NCBI GenBank assembly: GCA_963813075.1
Contig: CAWEXU010000004.1
Coordinates: 256,001 to 320,000, forward strand
DNA length: 64,000 nucleotides
DNA from: Methanotrichaceae archaeon
Lineage (GTDB): Archaea > Halobacteriota > Methanosarcinia > Methanotrichales > Methanotrichaceae
Direction: 5' to 3'
Shown: in pieces, positions 42,528 to 52,762 of the stretch
Layout: each line of letters opens with the position of its first letter
How positions within the stretch are numbered: the stretch's first letter is position 1
The notes under the pieces: generated by a model
Database searches by the model: none
What the model was told of the DNA's origin: nothing
What the model saw: the letters and a program-made list of their open reading frames with translations, nothing else
Program-made: the position numbers and the translations under genes

Positions 42528-43634
42528 ATGCGGTTCGGGGTAGAAGAAGAGTTTATAATTGTAAATAAATCAAATTTTTTCCATACACCCGCTGCGCCTA
42601 AAGTCTTATTGAGAATGATCATCAAAGATAAGATATATTTGAATAAATCATCATTGGAAACGCCTCTCGGGCGAGAAAAATATCCGCGAACAAAAGACGA
42701 TTTAATCAAAGGTTTTTCTATTGCAGAGACAAAGACTTCACCTCATGAGGACATAGACTCGTTGAGAGAGGAAATACTGTTCCATAGGTGCAATCTGATG
42801 GATGTCGCTTCAGATCAGAATTTGGCCATACTGCCCACCGGTCTTCATCCTTTTTATTCAAGAGCTACATCTGGCGTAGAAAATTGCGCTGCATTGCATA
42901 TCCATATAGAAGGCTGCAATAAGATTTCTTATCTAAATCTCTTGCGCTTCATTCCTCAAATGATCGCCTTGACTGCAAATTCTCCTTTTATGGAGCGAAG
43001 ATATGTTGGAGCTTGCTCCAGAGCATTAGTGTCTCCATCTATTGGTATTCCTAATGATCATTTCCAAAGAAAGTCAGACCTGATATTCAACAAATTCCTG
43101 AATACCACGGAGTTGAGAGTTTGCGATACTCAGATATTAGTCGAAGACGTTATCGGAGCGGCGGCTACCATAGGTTGCATTTCAAAACTTGATAGCACAA
43201 GAAAAATAGAGCGGTCTGAGCTTAAGCGCATGAGAGATGCTGCAATTATGCGAGGAAAAGAAGGAATTGATCCCGGATATTTATTGGAAGAGATTCAACA
43301 TATTGCGGAAGACCTCTCCCTAATTGATTTAGTAGAGCCTTTCTTCAATCGGAAGACAGGAAGTGAATGGCAACGGCAATGCTTCAAAGAGGGCGGATTT
43401 TCTGCAGTATTGGGTTCACTATGGTCTTCGATGAAAAATAACAAATTAACTTATGAGTCGACTGGAGGGAACGTGGGCAATTCTATTGAAGGACAATGGG
43501 ATCTTTTTTATTTGCTTATTTATGCTCCGTTAATGGGATATAATATCTTAAAGAAGATAAGGCAAGATGATATTATTCATACGACTGACCAATTTGGATT
43601 AAAGAATGAGATGGAAACGGAAATATGGAATTAA
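42528..43634 (+). CDS. Glutamate-cysteine ligase family 2 (YbdK-like carboxylate-amine ligase)
   Basis: FGVEEEF, ALHIHI, IALTANSPF, TELRVCD. Confidence 0.82.
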   Translation: MRFGVEEEFIIVNKSNFFHTPAAPKVLLRMIIKDKIYLNKSSLETPLGREKYPRTKDDLIKGFSIAETKTSPHEDIDSLREEILFHRCNLMDVASDQNLAILPTGLHPFYSRATSGVENCAALHIHIEGCNKISYLNLLRFIPQMIALTANSPFMERRYVGACSRALVSPSIGIPNDHFQRKSDLIFNKFLNTTELRVCDTQILVEDVIGAAATIGCISKLDSTRKIERSELKRMRDAAIMRGKEGIDPGYLLEEIQHIAEDLSLIDLVEPFFNRKTGSEWQRQCFKEGGFSAVLGSLWSSMKNNKLTYESTGGNVGNSIEGQWDLFYLLIYAPLMGYNILKKIRQDDIIHTTDQFGLKNEMETEIWN

Positions 43635-43825
43635 TGTTTTTTGGTATCGAAAAAACATGAAGCACCGATTCGTAATTGCAGAAATATGCGTAATCCATTT
43701 TGTTTCTGTACCCATAAGTTTAATATTTTCTTCAGTATACAAAGCGGTATCAGCGACCCAAAAATTATCATCATCGAAATCGATCGCGTGTTGCGTTTTT
43801 TTGTATCATCTCCGTTAAACTTTTC

Positions 43826-45129
43826 GGTTCCTCGCTGTTCTGAGTGGGTATGGGGTAAGGTTTAATAATATCATTTCTTGAATTATTATCTGTGGCTCTA
43901 TCTCAAGAAGACCTCTTCAAGCTTGCATTGAATCTACAAGATCCGTGGTATATCAAGTCTATAGAATTCAGCGCTGCTAAAAAGCAACTTGATATTCATA
44001 TTGATTTTATCCCAGGAAGCAGATTCGAATGCTCGAATTGCAAAACTCAGGATAATTGTATTCACGATACAAAGGATAAAGTATGGCGGCATCTCAATTT
44101 TTTCCAATTTAAGGCATTTATCCATGCCAGAGTGCCACGCACAGTCTGCCAGAAATGTGGTTCGATCAGATTGATTGATGTTCCATGGGCTAGGAAGAGT
44201 ACCGGTTTTACATTGCTAATGGATGCCATGATACTGCTTTTTGCCCAGAACATGCCAGTTAATGACGTAGCTGAAATATTAGATGAACATGATACGCGGA
44301 TCTGGAGGGTTTTGTCGTATTATATTCCTGAAGCTAGATCTAATGAAGATCATTCTCAAGTAAAAATATTGGGCGTAGATGAAACATCATGTGCCAAATT
44401 CCATAAATATGTATCTCTATTCGTTGATCTAGAAGATAATAAAGTTCTTTACGTATGCGAGGGCAAGGACGCAAGCGTCATCAGCTCATTCAAAAAAGAC
44501 CTTGAGGCTCATGATGGAGCATCAGAAAATATTGAGATGTTCTGTTCGGACATGTCTCCTGCATTCATATCAGGTATAACGGAACAATTTCCAGGATCGT
44601 CTCTTACTTTTGATAAATTCCATGTTATGAAGATGGTCAATGAAGCAGTAGATCAAGTGCGTCGCGAGGAGCAGCACCAGAATGCAGAATTAAAAAGTAC
44701 TCGCTATATGTGGCTAAAGAACCCAAGTGACCTTTCTTTGGCTGAAAAAGAAAAGTTGGGATCTCTTAAAGACATGAATTTGATGACATCTAAAGCATAC
44801 AATTTCAAACTTAGTTTGAAAGACTTTTGGACTTTTAATGATAAGATCCTTGCTGAAGATTTCCTCAAGAAATGGTATTATTGGGCAACACACAGCCAAA
44901 TAGAACCTATCATTAATGTTGCTAAAACCATTAAGTCACATTGGACTGGCGTAATAAATTATGCAGAAACTAAAATATCCAACGGCGTGCTGGAAGGAAT
45001 AAATAGCATGGTTCAATCCGCAAAGAGCAGTGCAAGAGGGTTCAGAACAACTAAAAATCTCATATTAATTATATATCTGAGACTTGGAAAATTGCAGTTC
45101 AATCTACCCACTTGAAATAGCGAAGAACC
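43826..45129 (+). mobile_element. Intact ISL3-family element
   Basis: Imperfect TIRs GGTTCCTCGCTGTTCTGAGTGGGTA / TACCCACTTGAAATAGCGAAGAACC; 8-bp TSD AACTTTTC on both sides. Confidence 0.95.
43892..45115 (+). CDS. ISL3 transposase
   Basis: Zn finger, GVDET, CSDMS, FDKFHV, SNGVLEGINS. Confidence 0.95.
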   Translation: MALSQEDLFKLALNLQDPWYIKSIEFSAAKKQLDIHIDFIPGSRFECSNCKTQDNCIHDTKDKVWRHLNFFQFKAFIHARVPRTVCQKCGSIRLIDVPWARKSTGFTLLMDAMILLFAQNMPVNDVAEILDEHDTRIWRVLSYYIPEARSNEDHSQVKILGVDETSCAKFHKYVSLFVDLEDNKVLYVCEGKDASVISSFKKDLEAHDGASENIEMFCSDMSPAFISGITEQFPGSSLTFDKFHVMKMVNEAVDQVRREEQHQNAELKSTRYMWLKNPSDLSLAEKEKLGSLKDMNLMTSKAYNFKLSLKDFWTFNDKILAEDFLKKWYYWATHSQIEPIINVAKTIKSHWTGVINYAETKISNGVLEGINSMVQSAKSSARGFRTTKNLILIIYLRLGKLQFNLPT

Positions 45130-45545
45130 AACTTTTCTTGTCAGATTTGTTTCCAGAGTAAGCTTCAGCGAAGAGAGGCAATCCAAACTGATTTGTAACC
45201 ATGCCGAGGGACGAACAAGATTGGACATCCATCTCCATGCTGCTTCCCTTCCAGGAAAGAAGCTGTAGCTGCTGTTAAATAATCTTTCCCATTTTAATCA
45301 TCGGCTATTTCTTGGATTATTTATGCGAAGTGCGGAATGTGGGACACAGCATCTCCTTTGAGAGTTAAGGCGTCCAAGGATTCTCATAAATGATTTTATG
45401 CTTATTGAGTATCACCAGTTACCAATACTTTTTCCATACTATTCATCTTCCCTTTGCTTAAGGAATAAGAAATATATCCAAACCACTTATGAGGATAGAT
45501 ACGGCTTCACACATGTATTTTTGCATTAAACCATATACTAAAATC

Positions 45546-46562
45546 CTATTGGAAATAATCTAATACTTTAGGAATTAATTCCTCTCTGTAGAATTTAATT
45601 TGAGTTAAATTAATTTTGTCTAATTTTATCGGAATAACCTCTCGATTTACTTTAATAAGAGGCTTATAATTATTACTTTTAATGCCAACTGCTTCGAGTT
45701 CACATCCTAGGATATTTATCATAATCTTATTAATGAAATCAGAAATTGAAACACGTGATAAAATGCGAGATATTTCTACGTAGCTCTTGCGTTTAATTTT
45801 GAGGTTATATGTTACGTTATTCATTAAAGTGACATACTCATTAGATGTACGAAAATGATGAGATATTCCTATTTTTTTTGCGCGGTTAATCCTTGCAATA
45901 AATAATTTTAGCAATGACGACACGCAAGGCTCTTTAATTATAATTAGTCCATTTGGAGCGCAAACTCTCCACATTTCATCTATTAGGGATGATGGGTCAT
46001 TGATGTGATGGAGGGTTTCCTTGCAGAATACTATATCGAATGACTGGTTTTTTAAAGGTAGCACGGTGCAATCGGCAATTATCCGCTCAAAATGGTAATC
46101 TCTTGCTACGTTATCAGATGCAAAAATAAATTCTGGACATAGCTCAATAGCTGCTACGCTGTATCCCTTATTTGCAAACTGCCGGGCCTGAAAACATCCC
46201 CAACCCGATCCAATATCTAGAACACTTTTTCGCTGAGAGGAATTATTGTCAAAAGACTCTATGTATTCGATAAGTTTAGTTCCTTGTTTGGCGCTAGTCT
46301 CTGCAAAATGTTGATGTTCTATAATATCATTAGCTTCAAAGGTCCATTTGTTTTCTGCATTGATCTCATTTGCACGCTCTTCTTTATCCATGAGTTTCAG
46401 GCCAAAAACAGGAACTCCGTCTTCAATATCAAAATCTAATTGACAATTTGAGCAATTAAGGGTTCCGTTTATTATATTCTCTGCATCATACTTTATTTCA
46501 TTTAATTTAAGTGCTCCTAAACAACGTGGACATGACAAAACGTCCAAAAATTTTCTTTTCAT
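45546..46562 (-). CDS. Trm112-like zinc domain + class I SAM methyltransferase
   Basis: LSCPRC...LNCSNC...IEDGVP; VLDIGSGWG, FDIVFCKETLHH. Confidence 0.85.
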   Translation of the reverse strand: MKRKFLDVLSCPRCLGALKLNEIKYDAENIINGTLNCSNCQLDFDIEDGVPVFGLKLMDKEERANEINAENKWTFEANDIIEHQHFAETSAKQGTKLIEYIESFDNNSSQRKSVLDIGSGWGCFQARQFANKGYSVAAIELCPEFIFASDNVARDYHFERIIADCTVLPLKNQSFDIVFCKETLHHINDPSSLIDEMWRVCAPNGLIIIKEPCVSSLLKLFIARINRAKKIGISHHFRTSNEYVTLMNNVTYNLKIKRKSYVEISRILSRVSISDFINKIMINILGCELEAVGIKSNNYKPLIKVNREVIPIKLDKINLTQIKFYREELIPKVLDYFQ

Positions 46563-47533
46563 GATGTATTGATATTATTCAGTCTATATAGCATTGGCGC
46601 CCAAACTCATCAAATGTGTAGTCCCAAATGTTTGAACTTATATACTCCTGCCCGCAAATTATATTTCTTGTTAACCATTTAATTCATTCTCCATCCTTAC
46701 AATGGATTCGAGTATTTGTTAGAGATACGGAAAGAGGGGAGCTCTGGACATAAATTGCATCTCTTCCAGTGTATCCTCGGGAATATGGTCTTCCAGGAAG
46801 ACTACAGCTTCTGATCTTAAGACGAGATGAAGACGCTAAAAATATCTTTCGACAAGGTTCTTATGCATTGAGAATCATTCCTTCCTAATTTTTTTATTTT
46901 TATTAAGTATAGATTAGCTGATTTAAGAGAAATACCTTATCCCAATTAGATATGGTAGTCTATAGAGCGCTATTATAGCTATTAACATTAGATATTATAT
47001 TGTATATGCAATTTTAAGAAATCAATATACTGAGATCAATTTACGAATTCGTTAACATAACTACGTATTCGTAGTTCAGATGCTAGTTTCCATAAGACAT
47101 TTATTTAATGAAGCTCTGGTAGAAATGAGTTTAGCCTGTTCCTGATTAGAGAATCCAAGCTCCGCATCATGAAAATTCGGCCAAACGACTACAGCTAGTT
47201 GCTGAATTGATCCCTCTTCAATCTCATCGAAGACGTTGGTGGCGAAAAGTCATCAATAATGATAAGAGGTGCTAGCTTTCATAGCGGAAGCTATTGAGAA
47301 ATATGCAATGCTAGAGCTGGTGAGACGAGTCCTATTGCGATACCTCCGAGTCTACCATTGTTTCCGGTTTAGATGCCTAAGCGATGACCTGGAAGCTATT
47401 GCGTATCGATATCAAATCTATGACGAATCAGGGCCTGTGTATCTTATCAATCATCTTCATAGGCCTTTAAATATAAGATGCTCTAATTTAATATAGCAGT
47501 TGCTCCGAAAAAAAGGCAACCAGATCAAGGAAA

Positions 47534-47901
47534 GTGCGCCAAGAAGACTGATGAGCAACCATAGTATTAATTGATGTGATGATACGAGGATATGCTAGTT
47601 ATTGTGCCACCTATAAAAAATTATGCTGCCATTTGTATATTCTTGGGGCTAATTGGATATTAGGGTGAGAGAATAGGCTGCAATGTCCTCTGCAACCGGC
47701 AGAACGCAGAATGTTGCGACGGCTGTATTGATGAGTCAACCGGTCCCCGCGGGGACCGAAGTGATCGACAGCTTAATGGAATAGGGAGGTTGAAGCTCCC
47801 AATGGAATCAGAGCTCTCAACTAAGCCCGAGAATCCATTTCCATAATTGTAGTATTAGCGTAATTTCAATCGCTAAATCCGAGGGGGAAGACATATTTCT
47901 T
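47534..47901 (+). ncRNA. Probable 5' fragment (domain I) of a group II intron, truncated at ISL3
   Basis: Begins GTGCGCC; structured tract CTGCAACCGG..CGCAG, GCTGT..CGGTCCCCGCGGGGACCG..ACAGC, GGGAG-gttgaag-CTCCC resembles IIB/CL1 domain I (from recall). Confidence 0.55.
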
Positions 47902-49200
47902 GGCTCCTCGCTATTTTCTGTGGGTAGCAGGGTAAACCTTTATAGTAACTCCTACTAGAAAATGTGCTGTGTCGATCTCACATGAAGACCTCTTTAAAAT
48001 CGCATTGAATCTCGAACATCCCTGGTACATCACGTTAATAGATTTTAGTGCCGAAGGTAAGCAACTCGATATCCATGTAGATTTCAAATCAGGCAGCAAA
48101 TTTCCTTGCGCAAAATGCGGCAAACCAGAGCTGCAACGTGCATGATACTATCGAAAGAACCTGGCGTCACTTGAACTTCTTTCAGTTTAAAACCTACATC
48201 CATTGCCGCGTTCCTCGCACGGAATGCAAAGACTGCGGAGTAAAACAGGTTAAGGTTCCTTGGGCCAGAAAAGGCAGCGGATTCACTCTGCTTATGGATT
48301 CACTGATCGTCTTGATGGCTCAGCATATGACTGTGACTGTGATTGCTGAGATGATCGACGAACATGATACTCGAATATGGCGGGTTCTAGAACACTATGT
48401 TATGGAAGCAAGATCTAATGAAGATTTTTCAGAGATTAAATCAGTAGGCGTAGATGAAACGTCAAGGGCGAAGGACATAAGTATGTTTCTGTATTTATAG
48501 ACCTTGATAAATCAAAAGTAGTAAATGTATGTGAAGGAAAAGATGCCTCAACCATTGAGTCATTCAAGAACGATTTAGAGCAGCACAAAGGATCTAGCGA
48601 GAATATCGATAATTTTTGTTGCGACATGTCGCCTGCATTTATATCTGGAATAGCGAATAGTTTTCCCAATGCATCAATAACCTTTGACAAGTTTCATGTG
48701 ATGAAGCTCATGAATGAGGCAATCGATAAATTTAGGCGAGAAGAGCAATCTCATAACATTCTGCTAAAAAGGACAAGATACCTCTGGCTAAAGAATCCTG
48801 AAAACCTTACGATCAGGCAAAATGAAACGTTCGGATCTCTCAAAGATCTTAGACTCAAGACATTAAGAGCCTATAACATCAAACTGGCCCTTCGCGATTT
48901 CTGGAATCAAGATCCACATTCGGCAGAAGGCTATCTCAAATGATGGTATTTCTGGGCAACACACAGCGGACTCAATGCGGTAATCGATTGCGCTAAAACC
49001 ATAAAGCAGCACTGGAATGGGATAACTAATTATATTAAAACTAAAATCAATAATGAGATCTTGGAAGGAACTAATAGTCTCATTCAAGCAGCAAAGGATA
49101 GTGCAAGAGGCTTCAGGTCAATAAAGAATTTTATTATTACTATTTATCTTAGGATGGGAAAACTCGAATTCAATTTACCCACATGAAACAGCGAAGAGCA
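47902..49200 (+). mobile_element. ISL3-family element with a disrupted transposase
   Basis: TIR GGCTCCTCGCTATTTTCTGTGGGTA; several frameshifts plus an in-frame TGA near 48941; flanks do not form a TSD. Confidence 0.92.
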
Positions 49201-49349
49201 TTAAATTGTAACCTTAACTCCGCTGTTTAGGGAATAAATTAAGTCCCAATTTTTTATCTAGCTTTTCTAATTTCGATAGATCAGCAATGTGAAATTCAAC
49301 TGCGTAACTCTTAATATAAAAACAATTAAGAGTTTAAGGTGGTCCATAT

Positions 49350-50069
49350 ATGATCAAGATTGAGTTCAAGAGGTTAATATTTAATGTTGCAGAAATATGG
49401 TTTAGCGATCATATATATGATGTTGAAGGGTATAGCCACGTGATATTTAGACGATGTAGGCCCCAGGAGAAATATTCAGGATTCACTTGCCAAGAAGAAA
49501 TTACCTCCGTAATAGATTTAACATCGGATTTAGATACCATATGGAAAAATATGAAAAACGATTCAAGGAGACCTATTAAAAGAGCCACGGAGGCTGGCGT
49601 TGTAATTAAATGCAATCAAAATTTCGATGAATTTTATGAAATATACAGAATTCACCAAAGGAAAAAGAAATATCATGTAATTCCATATCATAAACCATCT
49701 TTAAAGAAGGCTGGTACATTGTTTACCGCAGAGCTCAATGGCGAAGTTCTCGGCGGTGATATTTTTATCGAAGACCAGAATCATATGCTCGGGCACACAG
49801 GTGCCTCAAAAATAATCGATAATGATAAACGTCTTAATACTTTGAAAGGAAATGCAAGCCATCTGATTATCTGGGAGGCTATGAAATATGCAAAAGAAAA
49901 GGGGATTAAAAAATTTGATATGGGCGGATTATATACGGATTCGCTAAATTCGTTCAAAGAAAGTTTTGGTGGAAAACGTGTCTTTTACTATGCCTATTCT
50001 AAAGACTATGATACGAGCTACAAATTGGCAGCCTACGTCGGTCGACAATTTTATAGATTGCGCCAGTAG
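49350..50069 (+). CDS. FemAB/FemX-like GNAT protein
   Basis: VIDLTSDLDTIWKNM..RR.IKRA, LIIWEAMKYAKEKG.KKFDMGG, FKESFGG. Confidence 0.85.
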   Translation: MIKIEFKRLIFNVAEIWFSDHIYDVEGYSHVIFRRCRPQEKYSGFTCQEEITSVIDLTSDLDTIWKNMKNDSRRPIKRATEAGVVIKCNQNFDEFYEIYRIHQRKKKYHVIPYHKPSLKKAGTLFTAELNGEVLGGDIFIEDQNHMLGHTGASKIIDNDKRLNTLKGNASHLIIWEAMKYAKEKGIKKFDMGGLYTDSLNSFKESFGGKRVFYYAYSKDYDTSYKLAAYVGRQFYRLRQ

Positions 50070-50274
50070 AGAAATGATGTGTTAGCACTATGGTACTATG
50101 ACTTATATTTTCTACAGATATCTCATATGAGCGGTCATATTGCTGCAATGACAGTCGAAAGAGGTCGAATTAGGATGATTATTATCTCGCCGGTTTCTTT
50201 CTTTTCCGTTGAGCCACGCGAAGAGAAAAATGACTGTGCCAAATTAAGGCCAAACTCTAAGGGGTTTTGAAAAA

Positions 50275-50784
50275 TTGAAGATTTGCCTGATGGGCGCATT
50301 TGGAGTTTTTATGAGATTCGTGCTCCACCTTTTGGCCAGATTTGCTCCGATAGGAAGACACCGGGTTATTTTTTATAAAATGATGGGGGTAAGAATCATG
50401 GGGGACGTTAGTATATCTGGTAATGTCTGGATTGATGAATATGCCCCAAAACGAATCTCAATTGAGAATGATGTAAATATCGCACCTGGAGTCATAATTG
50501 TTGCTCACCAAGGTCCTGGAAAATTTCTAAGAGATTCAGAGTATCCATTTTGCGAAAAGGAGGTTTTAATAAAGGAAGGCTCATGGATAGGGGCAGGAGC
50601 GATAATTCTTCCCGGTGTAACCATAGGCAAATTTTGCGTTGTTGCTGCTGGGTCTGTTGTGCTGAAAGATGTGCCGAATAATACACTAGTTGCTGGGGTG
50701 CCAGCAAGAATCAAAAAAACCATCTCTAAATCTGTTGGAGAGACTGCAGAAGTATCGGAGAGAAGCTCTGACCTTCATGTATGA
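50275..50784 (+). CDS. Hexapeptide-repeat (LbH) O-acyltransferase; C-terminus derived from IS66 DNA
   Basis: WIGAGAIILPGVTIG..VVAAGSVV.KDVP...AGVPAR. Confidence 0.88.
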   Translation: MKICLMGAFGVFMRFVLHLLARFAPIGRHRVIFYKMMGVRIMGDVSISGNVWIDEYAPKRISIENDVNIAPGVIIVAHQGPGKFLRDSEYPFCEKEVLIKEGSWIGAGAIILPGVTIGKFCVVAAGSVVLKDVPNNTLVAGVPARIKKTISKSVGETAEVSERSSDLHV

Positions 50785-51050
50785 CTTTGAGGTTCCATTT
50801 GACAACAATCTGGCGGAGAGGGATATAAGAATGATGAAAGTCCAGCAAAAAATATCTGGCACCTTTAGAAGTTGGGAGGAGGCCAGGATTTTTTGCCGCA
50901 TTAGAGGGTATATCTCTACGGTCAAAAAGAACTCAATTTCAGTTATCGACGCGATTCAAGGTGCCTTTGAAGGGAAGCCGTTCGTTCCTGTAAGAACTTT
51001 GATTGCAGTCTGAATTCTTCATGATTTAGAGGGTATGGCTGAATAGTTAC
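50712..51050 (+). mobile_element. 3' remnant of a second IS66-type element
   Basis: PFDNNLAERDIRMMKVQQKISGTFRS; right end GGCTGAATAGTTAC. Confidence 0.88.
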
Positions 51051-51125
51051 GAATTTTATTATTACTATTTATCTTAGGACAGGAAAACTCGAATTCAATC
51101 TACCCACATGAAACGGCGAAGGGCC
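51051..51125 (+). mobile_element. ISL3 right-end remnant
   Basis: Near-identical to 49126-49200. Confidence 0.9.
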
Positions 51126-51440
51126 GATGAATTTAAGGTTAAAGAGATTCTTCCAGAGGATCTTGGCAAGGTGCGGAAAGAATAATATTGCAGCCGTTGC
51201 GCTGGCCAGAAAAGTGCTGTGCATTCTCCATCATTTGCTTATTAATCACGAGAATTATCAAGAGCCAGATGTCAAGAAAACCAAACCAGAAATACCCAAC
51301 TCTGTTTCGCCATAAGCATGATGGATATCGACGAGATGATAAAAATCATCAGTCAGTCAGGATACTTGGTGGAGAAAGACTTGAAGGAGGGATGCAGTTG
51401 AACTGCAGCATCTTGTTTTTTTAAGTTTTTCATGTGGAGG
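51126..51440 (+). mobile_element. IS110-family 3' remnant
   Basis: LKRFFQRI...AAVALARKVLCILHHLLINHENY. Confidence 0.78.
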
Positions 51441-51712
51441 CACAGAGTTCACAGAGACGCGATATTTTCCTTATTTCTCTTTCCAGCATCCCAAAAGCTG
51501 AGCAAGTGCTTCTCGGACAAATAGTCGTCTCCGTTCGTTCGTCCTCCTTCGCGCTCTGTGACTCTTTGGTTTCATTACTGTAAACCACCAGGGTTTAGTT
51601 ATCAGATAACAAGCCCAGCATAGCGAAAAGCGCATGCAATCCCAGGTCCGCGGAGCATTCCCAAAAATTTGATTATCATATCCAGAATTCCAATTAGAGG
51701 TATAAAGAAATG

Positions 51713-52609
51713 ATGAAGGCATTGGTGACGGGCGGAGCAGGCTTCATAGGCTCCAACCTGGTAGAGGCAATTGTAGACAGGTACGAGGTAACTGTACTGG
51801 ATAATTTCCATACGGGAAGCATGGACAATCTTGATTCAGTAAAAAAGGATGTTAAAGTGATTAAAGGATCATGCAATGACTGTCTAACCCTAAACCTCAA
51901 TCCAGATGTGATATTTCACCTGGGTATTCCTTCCTCATCACCCATGTACAAGGCAAATCCTCTTCTAGTGGGAGAGGCGATTAACGACATGATGGCAATC
52001 ATGGAGCTGGCCAAAAGGAGCAATACCGCAAAGGTTGTATTTGCCTCCTCTTCCTCCCTCTACAACGGCCTTCCTACTCCGCATAAAGAGACAGCGTCCA
52101 TACTTGTCACCGATTATTACACGGAAGCCCGGCTCGCCATTGAAAGAATAGCAGAGCTGTATAACCAGCTCTATGGCGTCGATTATGCAGCGCTGCGCTT
52201 CTTCTCGGTCTACGGGCCACATGAATTGGCCAAGGGATCTTATGCCAACATGATCTCGCAGTTCCTGTGGACCATGCAGGAGGGAAAGGCACCGGTCATC
52301 TTTGGCGATGGGACACAGACACGCGACTTCATCTTTGTTAAAGATGTAACGACCGCCATGATCATGGCCGCCGAGAAGGGGACGGGCGTGTTTAACCTGG
52401 GCACGGGAAAGTCCTATAGCTTCAACTATGTGGCCGATCTGCTGAACAAAAAGCTGGGGACGAACTTGAAGCCGGTGTATAAGGAAAATCCAATCAAAAA
52501 TTATGTGAAGGACACGCTTGCAGATACCAACAAGATGAAAGAGCACTTGGGCTTCGAGGCTAAGTGGTCGCTGGAATCTGGATTAAATGAAACCATGCGG
52601 CAGGGGTGA
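51713..52609 (+). CDS. NAD-dependent epimerase/dehydratase
   Basis: VTGGAGFIGS, FASSSS, LRFFSVYGP, GDGTQTRDF; YxxxR in place of YxxxK. Confidence 0.92.
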   Translation: MKALVTGGAGFIGSNLVEAIVDRYEVTVLDNFHTGSMDNLDSVKKDVKVIKGSCNDCLTLNLNPDVIFHLGIPSSSPMYKANPLLVGEAINDMMAIMELAKRSNTAKVVFASSSSLYNGLPTPHKETASILVTDYYTEARLAIERIAELYNQLYGVDYAALRFFSVYGPHELAKGSYANMISQFLWTMQEGKAPVIFGDGTQTRDFIFVKDVTTAMIMAAEKGTGVFNLGTGKSYSFNYVADLLNKKLGTNLKPVYKENPIKNYVKDTLADTNKMKEHLGFEAKWSLESGLNETMRQG

Positions 52610-52762
52610 ATGTCGCTCTTGCCTTCATGCCCTTCGATTTTGGCCTTTAGCCCGTGAGTCATTTCATCAACCGAAAAGCCTAGACAATTGCTTTCAGGAA
52701 AGATTTGCCATGAGTCCAAACATATGCAAGCCCGAGAGATTAACCCCTGGGATTTACGATTT

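Larger units (their letters stand above)
43640..45240 (-). pseudogene. IS1634-family transposase fragment split by ISL3
   Basis: Removing ISL3 and one TSD gives GMVTNQFGLPLFAEAYSGNKSDKKSLTEMIQK...WVADTALYTEENI. Confidence 0.75.

Noticed and set aside
46660..47500. Short broken ORFs between the methyltransferase and the intron fragment
   Set aside because: Multiple stops; probably decayed mobile DNA, family not identifiable by eye
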